Positions 13,822 to 33,964 are shown, counted from the first letter of the stretch. The stretch: DNA of 64,000 bases from Eledone cirrhosa (GCA_964016885.1 OZ024744.1:70866001-70930000), one strand, 5' to 3'. Numbers and translations are program-made. Notes: generated by a model not told the origin, from the letters alone.

Positions 13822-15015
13822 AATGAAAGCTCCATAGACCTCATCATGTACTCTCGTTATGTAGACGATATCAATATAGTTATAAGAACACCCCCACTAG
13901 AGAGCACTAACAAGTTTGATTTAGAACGTAGCACGATGGAAAGCATCCAGCAGATAGCTAATTCCATACACCAGAGTATAACTGTAACTATAGACTTCCC
14001 TTCCAAACACCCTAACAATAGACTACCTGTATTAGACACAGAACTCTGGATTAACACTATAGACGAGAGAGCCCAAATTCTCCACTCACACTATGCTAAA
14101 CCCATGGCCTCCAAATACCTGATACTCAAAAACTCAGCAATGTCCAGTAGTGCTAAGTTTAATATTCTGATCGCAGATTTGGTACGAGTAATGAAGAATG
14201 TGTCCAGCATGTGCGACCCAACAGAAATGGAAGGACACATTCAACACTTCATCAACCGCATGCAGTTCTCTGGCTACAACCAAAGAGACAGAGTCAGAGT
14301 ATACGAAGGAGCCATGGAAAAATATAAGACCCTCATAGAACTGGACATGAAAGGAATTTGCCCACTATACAGGAGCAAATCATGGAATAGCTTAGATAGG
14401 GCTAGACATAAGATAGGGAAGGCCACATCATGGTACGACAACCAGAGATATCAGAGTGTCATGTTTGTGGACACCACCCCTGGAGGGAAATTAGCTAACC
14501 AGTGTAGAAAGGCCCTGAGAAAGACCCACTTAAAAATAAAGGTGGTAGAAAAGCCAGGAACCACCATAAAATCCCTGATCAGCAAAACCTACCCTTTTAA
14601 GAAAACCCACTGTACTAATAGAAAATGTATCATATGTAAGGTGAACCCCCGGATAAACTGTAAAACTAGAAACGTAGTCTATAGCATAAGATGTACAGAG
14701 GGTACTTGCAGAAACATGACAACAACATACATAGGTGAGACAGCTCGTAGCATAGGTGAAAGGATAGACCAACACTGGGGGGAACTAAAAGGACGAAAAA
14801 ACGGGTCAGTACTATACGAACATGCCAGACAACAACATGACGGTAACATAGACAACATAGAAATTAGAATAATATCTAAACATAGGAATGACCCAGCAGA
14901 TAGGCAAATCAGAGAGGCCAGTGAAATAGAAATTAGAAGACCAAAGCTAAACAGAAAGAATGAGTGGAACAACAACAACACCCAAACAAACAACACTGAC
15001 CTAAGAGAAGTATAA
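13822..15015 (+). CDS. PLE polyprotein C-terminal part: RT (YVDD), thumb, Cys linker, GIY-YIG endonuclease; 5'-truncated
   Basis: Uninterrupted frame: YSRYVDD, LPVLD, CTNRKCIIC..NCKTRNVVYSIRC..C..YIGETARS..ERIDQH..REASEI..PKLN; the first ~11 ORF codons come from the inverted repeat. Confidence 0.9.
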   Translation, partial: NESSIDLIMYSRYVDDINIVIRTPPLESTNKFDLERSTMESIQQIANSIHQSITVTIDFPSKHPNNRLPVLDTELWINTIDERAQILHSHYAKPMASKYLILKNSAMSSSAKFNILIADLVRVMKNVSSMCDPTEMEGHIQHFINRMQFSGYNQRDRVRVYEGAMEKYKTLIELDMKGICPLYRSKSWNSLDRARHKIGKATSWYDNQRYQSVMFVDTTPGGKLANQCRKALRKTHLKIKVVEKPGTTIKSLISKTYPFKKTHCTNRKCIICKVNPRINCKTRNVVYSIRCTEGTCRNMTTTYIGETARSIGERIDQHWGELKGRKNGSVLYEHARQQHDGNIDNIEIRIISKHRNDPADRQIREASEIEIRRPKLNRKNEWNNNNTQTNNTDLREV

Positions 15016-15295
15016 ATAAGTAAATAAAATAAAATAAAATAAGATAAATAAATACATACTTAAGCACAATAACAACAAGCACATAAACACACACTAGTCA
15101 CCCAGCAGACACAACACTATACACACTAGTCACACATCACACATAACACTATACACACACGCAAACGCATGCGCAAAGAAGACAAAATAAAATAAGATAA
15201 ACAAACAAGCAAATAAATAAATAAATAAATATATAGACAGACTGAACAAAAAATGGCGTAGACATACAACACAACAGGAGGAACAATGAATATAA

Positions 15296-15338
15296 CACCA
15301 CTGACGATGTTGCAGATGTGCAACGAAAGATTTATGTA
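15296..15338 (+). ncRNA. Hammerhead motif in pLTR (mirror copy at ~13545-13587, minus)
   Basis: CTGACGA-t.gttgca.gatg.tgcaac-GAAA-gatt-TA; stem I weak (ca/tg). Confidence 0.65.
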
Positions 15339-15654
15339 AATTATGTAAACTATATATATGTGTTTGTGTCTATATTGTATCTGTATTATTTTTGACCGTC
15401 GGTCAGTCAATGACAACATTGAGGACCGAGTAAGTTAGATCGCAGATATTAAAGACAGCGAGAAGCGAAAACCAACCAAACAGTGAGTGTGTTCTGTTAT
15501 TAATTCTGGCAATATTACGCAAATAAGACCCTCCCCAAATATAACAATATCTGTTTCGACACACGATTTCATATAAAAAAACCTCGCAAAACTAATATAT
15601 ATATATATATATATACATGTATGCATGTATGCATGTATGTATAAAGTAAAGTAA

Positions 15655-15925
15655 AGACCCCCATCGGTCACGAATGACCATGGGATTTACACCTAGACGC
15701 ACAAGTCCGAGTAAGGTTGTTTGTGGAAAGCCAGCAGTCACCCATGCATGCGAGTTTCCCTTCTCCATACGATGTTGTCCAAGGGAAAGGTAATGGCCGA
15801 TATAGCTTGACATCAGTGATGTCGCAATTCACTCATCCAGATGAGCGAATTGGAGAAACGGGGAAAACAAAGTGTCTTGCTCAAGAACACAACGCATCAC
15901 GCAGCCTGGGAATCGAACACACAAC
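15655..15925 (-). mobile_element. SINE with CORE/Meta-like central domain
   Basis: Reverse complement has gttcgattccc B box and gttcttgagcaagacactt core. Confidence 0.65.
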
Positions 15926-15939
15926 CTATATATATGTAT

Positions 15940-16109
15940 ACAGGACTAGAACTCTTTCATTCGAAGGAAATCATCTAGTCATGTAGAAGCCATTTCTATA
16001 TTAAATTTGATGTTTACACTCTACTAATGTATTGAGTACCTTACTTACTCTGGTTACCACCGATTGAACCCGGTGGTATATATATATATATATACCACCG
16101 ATTGAACCC

Positions 16110-16110
<1 letters not shown>
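15940..16110 (+). mobile_element. Family C fold-back/tail insert (other copies ~25740-25820, 27245-27315, 32070-32200, 33362-33490, 38810-38925, 42300-42430)
   Basis: Shared tail gtattgagtaccttacttact.tggttacc.ccgatt.aacccgg; CTGATGAtttc....gaatGAAA motif complete at 33363. Confidence 0.75.
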
Positions 16111-16159
<49 letters not shown>

Positions 16160-16160
<1 letters not shown>

Positions 16161-16376
16161 GTAAAAGGTAAACAGAAACATCAACACAATCGGTACAGTA
16201 TATGGAAGGGATATATTAGGTTAACGCTTGATATAGCAGGAAGAGGGTCTTGACGTTTCGGACGCTAGTCCTTTATCAGAAGAAAGAATGAGAAATAAGA
16301 TAGATTGAGGAGACGGGCGGGGTGGAATTGGAAAAAAATGACTTTAGATTAAAATAACAGGTCCATTCATGATGAC
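16160..16376 (-). mobile_element. 3' end copy of the 9940-11107 PLE, with HHR at 16248-16283
   Basis: Reverse complement matches ~10910-11107; tctt-CTGATAA-aggactagcgtcc-GAAA-cg-TC-aaga (G8>A). Confidence 0.85.
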
Positions 16377-16869
16377 ACATACATACATACATACATACAC
16401 ACATAACAATACATAGCAACAGATATGCACATACGCAAACATTTACAGAAATCAAGCAGGAACAAGGCTTACAAAGTAAGGACCACCCAATCCTTCCCCA
16501 TCATTCCATCCATGACCACCCCATCTACATAAACCACCATACAGACATCGCAATCACCCCTCACTCAACCACAATCGCCGTCAGCATCTAGTGTCTTCAT
16601 TTCATTTTCTCCCCCCTCCCCTCCTCATCCTTTCTATCTTTTCCGACATAAACTTATTCACTTCACACATTAGACTTTAATTAAATGGACGTTTTACTCC
16701 CTAGAGTCTCATAAATGGGATCCAATCTGTTTTAAACACTCAAGCCAGGTCTACATCTCCTTATCCTCTTCCTATAGAGGTGTTAGAACTTCTGTGAAGG
16801 TTCACTAACGCTGTCCTTTATTTCTGCTTATAGACATTTAAAGAGAATGGAGAAGACATATATTGTCTT

Positions 16870-20215
<3,346 letters not shown>

Positions 20216-20863
20216 TTACAAAAAACACTTTTCCACCATTTTGTAACTGCTATTTAGCTCACAGACAACAGCAAAGAGGGCTTCTTTCTTATATCTACAG
20301 GCAGGGAGGGCTATAATGTTTATCTAGTCTAACAAATGTCCCACGATTTCATTTTTGGAGCTTAAAACTCAACTCAAAAGAAAAAGACACACAAAAAAAA
20401 GGCGAACAAAACAAACAAAAAAAAATCGAAAGAAAAAAAAACAAGAACAGACATAGTGAAAGAGACACACACATAGGGAGACAGAGGAAAGAAGAGAAAG
20501 TTTAATTTAGAAAACAGAGAGAGAAAGGAGTTAGACAACACACAGACACACACATACATACAGACACACACACGTACATATACATACATACATACATACA
20601 TACATACATACATACATACATACATACATACATACATACATACATACATACATACATACACATACGCACATACATACATACACGTGACTGTATGTATGAA
20701 TGTATGTATGAATGAATGAGTATATAAGTATGTATGTGTATAATAATGTATAATGTGGTAAACACGTGTGTTTACAAAAAGCCTTCACCTACCTGAAAAG
20801 ATTAGAAGCAGACAATTTTAGCTGGAATTTGAGAATTTTCGGCTTCTTTATAACTTCTTTATA

Positions 20864-20963
<100 letters not shown>

Positions 20964-21434
20964 GTGTCTATTAGTATAACAAATATACAATATAAAAATT
21001 ATAAATCTACATTTAATACATACATATAATTATTTCTACTTTTGGCACAAGGCCAGCAAATTACCCAGTGTATTACTGGTACTTTATTTTATCGACCCAT
21101 ATATAATATATATATATATATAAAATATATATATATATGAAAAATATATATATATAAAATTAATATATATATATATGAAAAATATATATATATAAAATTA
21201 ATATATATATATAATATATATATATGATATTATACACACACGCACACACTCATTACACACATATATACATATATGGATAGATAGATAGATACACAGACGG
21301 GATGCAGGCAGATAGTTAGACAGACAGAAAGATATGATACACGTGTAGAGATATAGTGAGTGAACTATAGGCAGGTAGATAATTAGAGACATAGATCGTA
21401 TTCTGTAAGTTCAAACACATGTCATAACAAGAAA

Positions 21435-21850
21435 CATGTTAGAAATAGCAGTCGGTCGTCATAAAATCAACCTCATACTGTTTTAGCAAATGATAGAAAT
21501 AACAGCCAAATCTCTTCCTCAACCGCCCATACCCCCAACTTCACTGTCTTTAAAATGCTAGAAATAAGCGCCAAACTTTTCCTATAATTACATCTACTAG
21601 TATTCTATAAGATACTAGAAATAGCAGCCAGATACTCATCAAATCTTACCGTTCTGTCACAGAAAATATTAAATGTTAGAAATAACAGCCAAACTTCTGT
21701 CAAATTTCAACACTCCACTGTCATAAAGAGACGAAAGGCACATTGGATTATATACTCCATGATACACTACGCCGTGCCAGAAATAACAACGAAAGTGTCT
21801 CTCAAATCATAGACACCCTCACAAGCAAACACTCCCTACCGTCTTTAAAA
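21435..21850 (+). repeat. Degenerate tandem repeat with core tgttagaaatagcagccaaa
   Basis: Cores near 21437, 21491, 21556, 21613, 21674 and 21776; isolated copies near 5105 and 49165. Confidence 0.7.
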
Positions 21851-22494
21851 AAAAAAAAGGGTGGGGCGACTTTGACAAACAATGTAGCCCCTCCCTCTTG
21901 ACGTGTGTGTGTATATATACATATATATATATGTATATATGTATATATAAATATATATATATATATATACATACATATATCTACATATATCTACAAAAGA
22001 CGGAATGGTCATGTCTGGATCGTCTTTGATCACAACATATATCAATCATACGCAATAACACATGCAGAGAGAGAGAGAGAGAAAGAGATCCATGGATATA
22101 CGCATTTAAAAGAAGAATCGGCAGACCATTTTCCCAAAAATTATATACACATATATATATATATATACTTATATATGTGTATATGCAGAGGAAATTATTT
22201 GGGAGCATATATGTATAAGTGTATATATCATATATGTATATATATGTAAGAGAGTTTGTATATTATAACTACGAAGATTCTTCCAGGATTTATATAACAA
22301 GAAAAAAACAATGGGTGAGTAGATTTCTCAAAACTGTTTTGAATTATGAAAGTGTACATACATGTTAGTGTGTGTGTGTCTCTGTGTGCCAATCTACATC
22401 TATTTATATACGTAAATATATATATATATATATACGTAATATATATATGTATATATATATGTGTATATATATATGCTTATATATATATATATAT

Positions 22495-22531
<37 letters not shown>

Positions 22532-22739
22532 GATAAATATATTTATATATATATATATATATATATTTTAATCTGTTATTTTAATATATATAGAAAGGAT
22601 AACAAGGACGATTGGTTTCTCCTTCATTACATTTATTGGTAGGTGACGCGCGTTTCGCCACTGATTAGCTCAAGGTTCGATCTGAATCGACCTTACCCGA
22701 CTCGATAATCGGCAGCTCGACGGACCCTTTAAAATGGTG

Positions 22740-22774
<35 letters not shown>

Positions 22775-22781
22775 CTATGTA

Positions 22782-22843
<62 letters not shown>

Positions 22844-23085
22844 AAAAATATGACTCCGACGGCAGAGCTCAAGCCGTTTCGACGGCTATTTCTGGACTAT
22901 TTGTTATATATATATATATATATATATACACCATTTTAAAGGGTCCGTTTGTTGAGTGGTTTATATCAGTTATAAAAATATTTGCTTGTTGTATCCCAAC
23001 AAATTAAATATAACTTCTACATATATATATATATACATACATATATATATATATATATACATATATATACATATATATATATTTA

Positions 23086-23207
<122 letters not shown>

Positions 23208-23549
23208 CTGTGTGTATATATATATATGCATATATGTGCATAAATACAGCTTTACTGATTCCTGATGTTGTAATGGTGGTTTTGAAACATATACTGTTTC
23301 AATGTAGGTTGATTATTGTTATATAACACTAGGTATTAGATGAATAACACAAACAACCGGATTATTAAAAGATCATGCGTCCGATGTTAACATATATACG
23401 CATATATATATATGTATATATATATGTATGTGTGTGTGTGTGTCTGTACACGCATATATATATTATATAAGTATATATGTATATTTATACACACATTTAT
23501 ACACACACACACGCACAATAATAATAACAATAATAATAATAATAATAAT

Positions 23550-23665
23550 AATTCTTTCTACTTTTGGCCAGCAATTATTCCAGTACATTACTGGTACTTT
23601 ATTTTATCGTACCAGTAATGTACTGGCTACCTGCTGGCCTTGTGCAAAAAGTAGAAACAATTATT
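23550..23665. mobile_element. SINE-tail palindrome, reverse complement of 12795-12918
   Basis: Same junction ggtactttattttatc|gtaccagtaat; flanked by (TAA)n and (CA)n. Confidence 0.8.
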
Positions 23666-23703
23666 ATTATTATTATTATTGTGTGTGTGTGTGTGTGTGT
23701 GTT

Positions 23704-23748
<45 letters not shown>

Positions 23749-23872
23749 AATATATATATATATATATATAAATGCGATGAAATACCAATGATGGTTGGTA
23801 AATCACTGATGAGGGACTAATTTTATAATATGTAATCCGTGTGCAACCATGCAGTATTCTTCTCCGCATGTT

Positions 23873-23958
<86 letters not shown>

Positions 23959-24082
23959 TTATATATATATATAGATATATTATGTATATATATATATATA
24001 TATTTATATATATACACATACATATATGTTTGTATGAATATATATATATATTTATATATATACACATACATATATGTTTGTA

Positions 24083-24117
<35 letters not shown>

Positions 24118-24289
24118 ATATATATATATATGGATGCTTGTTCATATATGGATGCTTGTTCATATATGTTAGTGTGTGTGACTAGCCTTATCACAGATTT
24201 TCTTTGGAGTTTCCTAAATGTTTGTCTGTTCTTCAGATAGGAAGACACATTTCTGCACCTCAAAATTTGGCCTTTGGATACCCTCTATA

Positions 24290-24398
<109 letters not shown>

Positions 24399-24486
24399 CT
24401 AATACCTTAACACTTCACACAAAGTAAAATATTTTGTTTTAAATATTTTCTAACCCAGAAAAAAGAGGAAAAAATAGAAGGGAAAA

Positions 24487-24522
<36 letters not shown>

Positions 24523-24630
24523 CAACTCGTGTGCTCCTTCTCTACATTTTATTATTATTATATATAAACATAATGTATATATATGCATATATATATATTA
24601 TTATTATATATATACATAATATATATATAA

Positions 24631-24669
<39 letters not shown>

Positions 24670-24793
24670 GTACATATATATATATATATAATAATAATAA
24701 AATGTAGAAAAGGAGCATTTATATATATATATAAATGTATATATATATATATATACATGATATATATTTATATGCATATATATATATGTGTGA

Positions 24794-24830
<37 letters not shown>

Positions 24831-25017
24831 CATACAAATATATATATATATGTATATGTAAATATAAACAAATATATATATGTGCGTGTGTGTATGTACA
24901 TATTTATATATATATGTGTGTGTGTATGTACATATTTATATATATATTTACTTATAAATGCTTATATGCATGCATATATACATATATGTATTTGTATGTA
25001 AATATATACAAATATTC

Positions 25018-25088
<71 letters not shown>

Positions 25089-25223
25089 TATATAGATATA
25101 GATATAGATATAAATGTATATATATATATATATATATCTGTCGAAACGGTTTGGGCTCTGCCGTCGGGGTCATATATTTTCATATATATATATATATATA
25201 TACATTCATGATATATACTTATA

Positions 25224-25261
<38 letters not shown>

Positions 25262-25591
25262 CATACAAATACATATATGTATATATACATATATGTATTT
25301 GTATGTAAATATATACAAATATATATACATGTGTGTGTATATACATATTTATATATATATATATATATGTGTATGTACTTATTTATATATATTTACATAT
25401 AAATACATATATGTATGTATGTATGTATATATACATATATGTATTTGTATGTAAATATATACAAATATTAATTCATATATATATATATACATAGATAGAG
25501 AGATATAGATATAGATATATGCATATATATGTATATATATATATGCATATATGCATATATATATATATTCATATATGTATATTAAAATAAA

Positions 25592-25637
<46 letters not shown>

Positions 25638-25668
25638 AAGGAAAGTATATATGAAAGTATAAATGAAA

Positions 25669-25732
<64 letters not shown>

Positions 25733-26510
25733 GTGTATAGTTTTAATATAAAACTTTTATACTCTGCTATGTATTGAGTACCTTACTTACTGTGGTTACC
25801 TCCGATTCAACCCGGAATAACGTATAATTTGTATATATATATATACATATGATAACAAGTTATCGTGATAGGTAATCCAGTTAGAAGTTGTGAGTACTCA
25901 ATATTGTGGATAGTTTTAACGTACGGCGTTGTTTGACTCAACAAGAGGTTTCCTTAGTTAGGTAGCGAGTTCGCGAGAATTCCTATGTAGGTTATACTTG
26001 GAGTAATAATAGTGAAAGAGTGAAGAATAACATGGTCGGGTGTACAACAAGGGGCTTTATTTCTAGTATTAACAATTGTTTCATTGATCAGGTGAGTCTA
26101 AAGACCACTGATCACTCGAAGTTGCGTCACTCGACCTTAAATACAGTGTGTGTCTCTGATCAAATCATCGGAATACTGGAGGGTTTAACACATGTCATTT
26201 TATAGATACATCGGAGAAATAAAAGATAATAAAAGATAATAATAAAGAAATGATGTTATTGTTTTGATTCTCCGATGAAACACACATCCATATATATATA
26301 TAATTGCTTCTACTTTTGGCACAAGGCCAGCAAATAGCCAGTGCATTACTGGTACTTTATTTTATCGACCCCTTAAGGATGAAAGGCAAAGTTAACATCC
26401 ATATATATATATAATGAATGTCATTATTCATTTTAAGGAAAATAGACTCTGTCATGTTTTAGTCATGTAATATTTGTAAAATGTGATGATTGATTGAGTT
26501 ATATATATAT

Positions 26511-26640
<130 letters not shown>

Positions 26641-26827
26641 CGAGTAGGACCCCGACGGCTGAGCTCAAGCCGTTTCGACGGCTAATTCTGAGTCCAGAAT
26701 TAGCCGTCGAAACGGCTTGAGCTCAGCCGTCGGGGTCCTACTCGATCCTATTACCCACTCTACTACCCTAAGTATTGAGTACTTCGGTGCGTTATGGTCC
26801 ACCTGGTTCCTTACCACATTTCTTCCG

Positions 26828-26829
<2 letters not shown>
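26641..26829 (+). mobile_element. Family D fold-back plus tail (copies 22845-22900, 25138-25178, 35575-35720, 46172-46407)
   Basis: About 48-bp arms around ctgagtccag; retains HHR 3' half GAAA-cggct(tgagctc)agccg-TC; ~85-bp tail. Confidence 0.8.
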
Positions 26830-26862
<33 letters not shown>

Positions 26863-27141
26863 CATTTAAAAAAGTGGGAGTCGCAATCTCAGAAAAAACA
26901 ATGACAATATTCGGTGTAAATGATAGGTTAAAAAATCGCATAGTGAAATTGTAGAGACGAGAAAAATCTCGAATATATATATATATCTCATATAAAATAA
27001 TACAGCTAGGTGTCCACACAATACAATATAGTTAGCACCCCAAACGTTGAATTGGGAATATACTCCGGTATTTCCTAATGTTTGTTGTGTGAGTTGGGAG
27101 TTGGTCGGAGTATCGCTAGTAGCTTTCTCCGTTTATGTAAT

Positions 27142-27176
<35 letters not shown>

Positions 27177-27198
27177 ACATATATGTATGCGTCTGTAT

Positions 27199-27239
<41 letters not shown>

Positions 27240-27433
27240 TCTCGAGTTCAATCGGAGTTAACCATTAGTAGAGAAGGAATGAAATAGATCTAATCCTGTA
27301 GAAGCCATTTCTATATGAAATATATATGTATAAATATATGTGTGTTTGTGTATGTATACACATATATGAACGTATTATGTATATATATTTATATATATGT
27401 GTACATATATACATGTTTGTATATATATACATG

Positions 27434-27545
<112 letters not shown>

Positions 27546-28005
27546 TTTACATATATATATATATATATATATATATCTGTGTGTGAAAGTATATATGTAA
27601 ACGCATTTATATATAAATTCAAATATAAATACATAGATATGTCATTATATGATTATATACATATATCAATAAAAAAAATATATAACTTTTTCTATGAACG
27701 CCTATAATGTATGTAATGTGTGAAAATATTAAATGCATACGTATATATATTTACAATTATATATATATAATATATAAGTATATATGTATATATTCATATA
27801 TTTATGTATATATACATATATATATATATTTTTCTTTTTTCTCTCTCTCCGTCTTTTTTCTTTCTCTCCGTCTTTTTCTAATTGTCCTTAACACTAAGAC
27901 TTATTAAAATAATATAAACAACTCACTATCCAGATGGCTTCCAAAAATAATGGTTGCATTTGAAAAGGGTACGTCAAAGCTTATTTGTAAAACTGTTATA
28001 TATTG

Positions 28006-28070
28006 TATTTTGTCTGATGAAGGCATACCATAATTTAATTTGGTATCCCTGAAATATGTATAATGAAATA
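28006..28070 (+). ncRNA. Hammerhead motif, family B
   Basis: tattttgt-CTGATGA-aggcatacca..tggtatccct-GAAA-tatgta-TA-atgaaata. Confidence 0.78.
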
Positions 28071-28109
28071 AATATGGTTTTATAAATATAGTTTCCATTT
28101 ATTAATATC

Positions 28110-28190
<81 letters not shown>

Positions 28191-28228
28191 TACATATATA
28201 CATATATATATACATATATATATGTATA

Positions 28229-28309
<81 letters not shown>

Positions 28310-28454
28310 CATATATATATATGCGTATATACATACACATATTAAAGAAAAAAGGGAGGTCGCCAGTCAATCTCGGCATTGTATTTTCCTGGATGCTGTA
28401 TTGAAACCACTGTTAAATATTAAAACATTCAAGAATTGTACGTATGTATAAATA

Positions 28455-28524
<70 letters not shown>

Positions 28525-28587
28525 CACACTAACACACACTCATACACACACACATATACATATATATATGTGTGTGTGTATATATAC

Positions 28588-28675
<88 letters not shown>

Positions 28676-29043
28676 TATATACATATACATACATATATAC
28701 ATATATACATACTAATTAATCTTGTCCGTAGGCGGTATGCCAAAATCACCACTCGATGTTTTTGCGGATCGAACAGACTCAGGAACGAACATTAATCGAT
28801 CGTTCTCCGAGCTGATCGGCAGTGAAACATGTATTATGTAATTAAATATGTATATGATGCAATACTGATTCTTGTTCGCTTGTAATATTATATATATAAA
28901 TATTATATATATATAATATTACAAGGGAATATATATATATATATATATATATGCCAGTCTAACCCATGATATCGTGGAAAATGGACGTTAAACGAAGATG
29001 ATGATGATATATATATATAATATATAGAGAGAGAGAGAGACAG

Positions 29044-29108
<65 letters not shown>

Positions 29109-29299
29109 TAAATATATATATATATATACGAGGGGGGCAGGGTACATATAAATTGCTGAAAATTACCATAAAAAAAGATAAGAACTCATCACCCAGTGTT
29201 AAGGTTGCATCTCAATGCAACATGAAATGACCAAATGCAGGCGCTAGATGTTTCTACGATAGAAAATTTTGGTGACATCTTTTTTCTTGACAGTTACAC

Positions 29300-29760
29300 G
29301 ATTAGAGAAAACAATATAGATATAAGTTTAGGCAAGGCAAGGCATGATAAGATCTCATTTCCCTATAGAACGTCTGAATATCTCCAGTCAAGCAAACAAC
29401 ATAAAAAAAGGACTATTTAAAGTAAGATTTGAGTCAATGTTCCTCTATAGATATGAGTCATGGATATTACAAAAAAAAAAAAGAACATTAGAAATACATA
29501 TAGCAAATAGAGTTCTTTACTTCCTCGACTATCAGTCATCATGAATGACGGACGCTTGCATTAGCTGTACCACGTTACACGTCACAATGAACCGACTGGC
29601 AGAGGTCGCCTCTGGATAACAGAGGAATCCTGACGAGTTAGGAGATCAAACACCACATTAAAGATGACATCGGGTTAGAGGCACATGTACCTCACATAGT
29701 AATGGTGGAAAGAGTGGGCTTAGCCGGAGGGTGGAAGCTCGTTGTAGCACCAGTAACACA
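29300..29760 (+). pseudogene. Highly decayed LINE 3' fragment
   Basis: LFKVRFESMFLYRYESW resembles LFIAVVESVLLYGSETW at 40292. Confidence 0.5.
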
Positions 29761-29824
29761 TGCAGAGATGGATGGATGTATGGATGGATGGATAGATATG
29801 TATATTCTCACAAACATACACAAA

Positions 29825-29859
<35 letters not shown>

Positions 29860-29906
29860 ATGTACATGCAAGTATAAATACATGTATGCCTAAATATGTA
29901 TTTATG

Positions 29907-29937
<31 letters not shown>

Positions 29938-30005
29938 TTATGCATATATACGTATATATATATATACATATATATATACATATATACATATTCATGCATA
30001 CACAC

Positions 30006-30036
<31 letters not shown>

Positions 30037-30343
30037 ATATATATCTATGTATGAATATGTATATATATATATATATTTATATATATATACATATATATAA
30101 ATATATATATATATATATATGCATATATACATATTCATGCATACATACATACATATATATATATAAATATATATAAACATACATGCATATAATGGGACAA
30201 TTCCTGATGGCTATCGGAAGTATCCAGATTTAAAGAACTTATTCAATAATTTAATTGATTAAAGACATTCTTCATTTTAAATATAAATAACTTCTACAGT
30301 AGTATACCTATAAGGCATTTGTATATAAAGCGAACACACACAC

Positions 30344-30388
<45 letters not shown>

Positions 30389-30390
30389 CA

Positions 30391-30449
<59 letters not shown>

Positions 30450-30576
30450 TATATTATATTTAGAGTTTTAAACTCAAACAGTCATTTACAATTAATTAGC
30501 TCAAAGAAAGAAGCATTTCTGAGCCGTGAAATACAAGTTAATATAAATTAATATATGATAAACACATATATTATAT

Positions 30577-30710
<134 letters not shown>

Positions 30711-30941
30711 GCTTTCACCGTATTTTTTTACTAAAGAAATTTTAGCCTGATAATGGGGTTTAGAACCCTCGGAGAAATGGGAAAAAGATGAGTATTGACG
30801 TACATCAATACTCATCTTTTTCCATTTTTCCGAGGGTTTTAAACCCCATTATCAGGCTGAAATTTCTTTAGTAAAAAAATACGGTGAAAGCTTCTATTTT
30901 CTAATTTCAAACTTGCTCACTGTTTCAAAACATACTTACTT

Positions 30942-31015
<74 letters not shown>

Positions 31016-31208
31016 TGTGTAAATATATATATATATGTATATATTTATATATTTATATACGTACACACACACAAACACACATATATATATATATATAAAT
31101 ATATATATAATATACACAGAGAGAGAAATAGATAGACAAATATACGTAAATATATATATGTGTACTTGAATTTACAGGGTGTAAATATCTCTCTTATGTA
31201 ATACTTTC

Positions 31209-31282
<74 letters not shown>

Positions 31283-31349
31283 AGTAAGGTTGCTTGGATG
31301 CGTCCATAGGCGGTATGCCGGTGACCACTCTATGCTCGTTCACAGCAGA

Positions 31350-31428
<79 letters not shown>

Positions 31429-31541
31429 TGACGTAGTAACACAACAGTTAGTTCACCATACCGAGAACAATTGTTTCACCTGATGTGGATTTTCAGTTCG
31501 GAATTTTATATATGTATATATAGATATCTCTCTTTATTTAT

Positions 31542-31594
<53 letters not shown>

Positions 31595-31898
31595 AATATA
31601 TATATATTTGTATATATATATATATACGTATATATATACACACACACACATATGTATATATATATATATATTTACATATGAGTGTTTGTGTAGGGGTGTG
31701 TTTAAATGTGAGTGTATGTTTTTAAGAGAGTGTATGTGTTTGTAAGTCTTATAAGATATATTTCATGTCCATTCTACCCGTTTGTTTAATTCACCTAGAC
31801 ATATAATGTCATATTCTCGACTGCGTGTTTAAGTTGTTCTGTAATCTCAGTCATTAAATATTTCGCATCGATGAACTACACATTTTACACCCTATCTA

Positions 31899-32057
<159 letters not shown>

Positions 32058-32231
32058 TATATATATATATCCGTTATTCCTGGTTGAATCGGAGGTAGCC
32101 ACAGTAAGTAAGGTACTCAATACATAGCAGAGTATAAATATTTAATATAGATGAGATTCTACAGGACTAGAACGGTTTCATTCTTTAGAAATCATCATCA
32201 TATTTATATATATATATATATATATATGTGT

Positions 32232-33323
<1,092 letters not shown>

Positions 33324-33571
33324 CATACATATATATAGTAATAATAATAAATATATATATATCTGATGATTTCTAAAGAATGAAACAGTTCTAGTCCTGT
33401 AGAATCTCAGCTATATTAAAACTTTTATACTCTGCTATGTATTGAGTATCTTACTTACTGTGGTTACCTCCGATTCAACCCGGAATAACTTACCTATATA
33501 TAAATGTGTTGTATATATATAAATATAATATATATATAATATATATATTATATATTTTATATATATACTTC

Positions 33572-33628
<57 letters not shown>

Positions 33629-33964
33629 GCACTCTTATATAAACATATATAACATGTATAATATAAATAAGTTAATTAAGCAAGGGTAAGAGAGAGAGAG
33701 AGAGTGTGTGTGTGTGTGTGTGATGGGGAGAGCGGTAGTGTAAACGGTATTCCTCAGCTTCTTTGTTACCTTGTACACATAAACCCATCAGTTTATTTTA
33801 TTTTTTTTGTTTGCATAAATCTTTTATTGATCACTTCGAAATATTACTTCCGATTCCTGTGCATTTTGAGGTAAAATAGAAAATGTTAATTACCCCCCAC
33901 GCTACACACGAACACACACACATATATATTTATATATATATATATATATATATAAATATATATA

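Larger units (their letters stand above)
13333..15595 (+). mobile_element. 5'-truncated Neptune-like PLE with ~490-bp inverted pLTRs and a 3' tail
   Basis: 13333-13823 is the near-perfect reverse complement of 15060-15550; extra ~45-bp tail at 15551-15595; (TA)n both sides. Confidence 0.93.

Noticed and set aside
13333-15550. DNA transposon with long TIRs
   Set aside because: The ORF is RT plus GIY-YIG, truncated at the inversion junction, with an asymmetric tail: PLE inverted pLTRs
21435-21850. CRISPR-like repeat/spacer appearance
   Set aside because: Repeats are degenerate, spacers resemble each other, no cas genes, eukaryotic context
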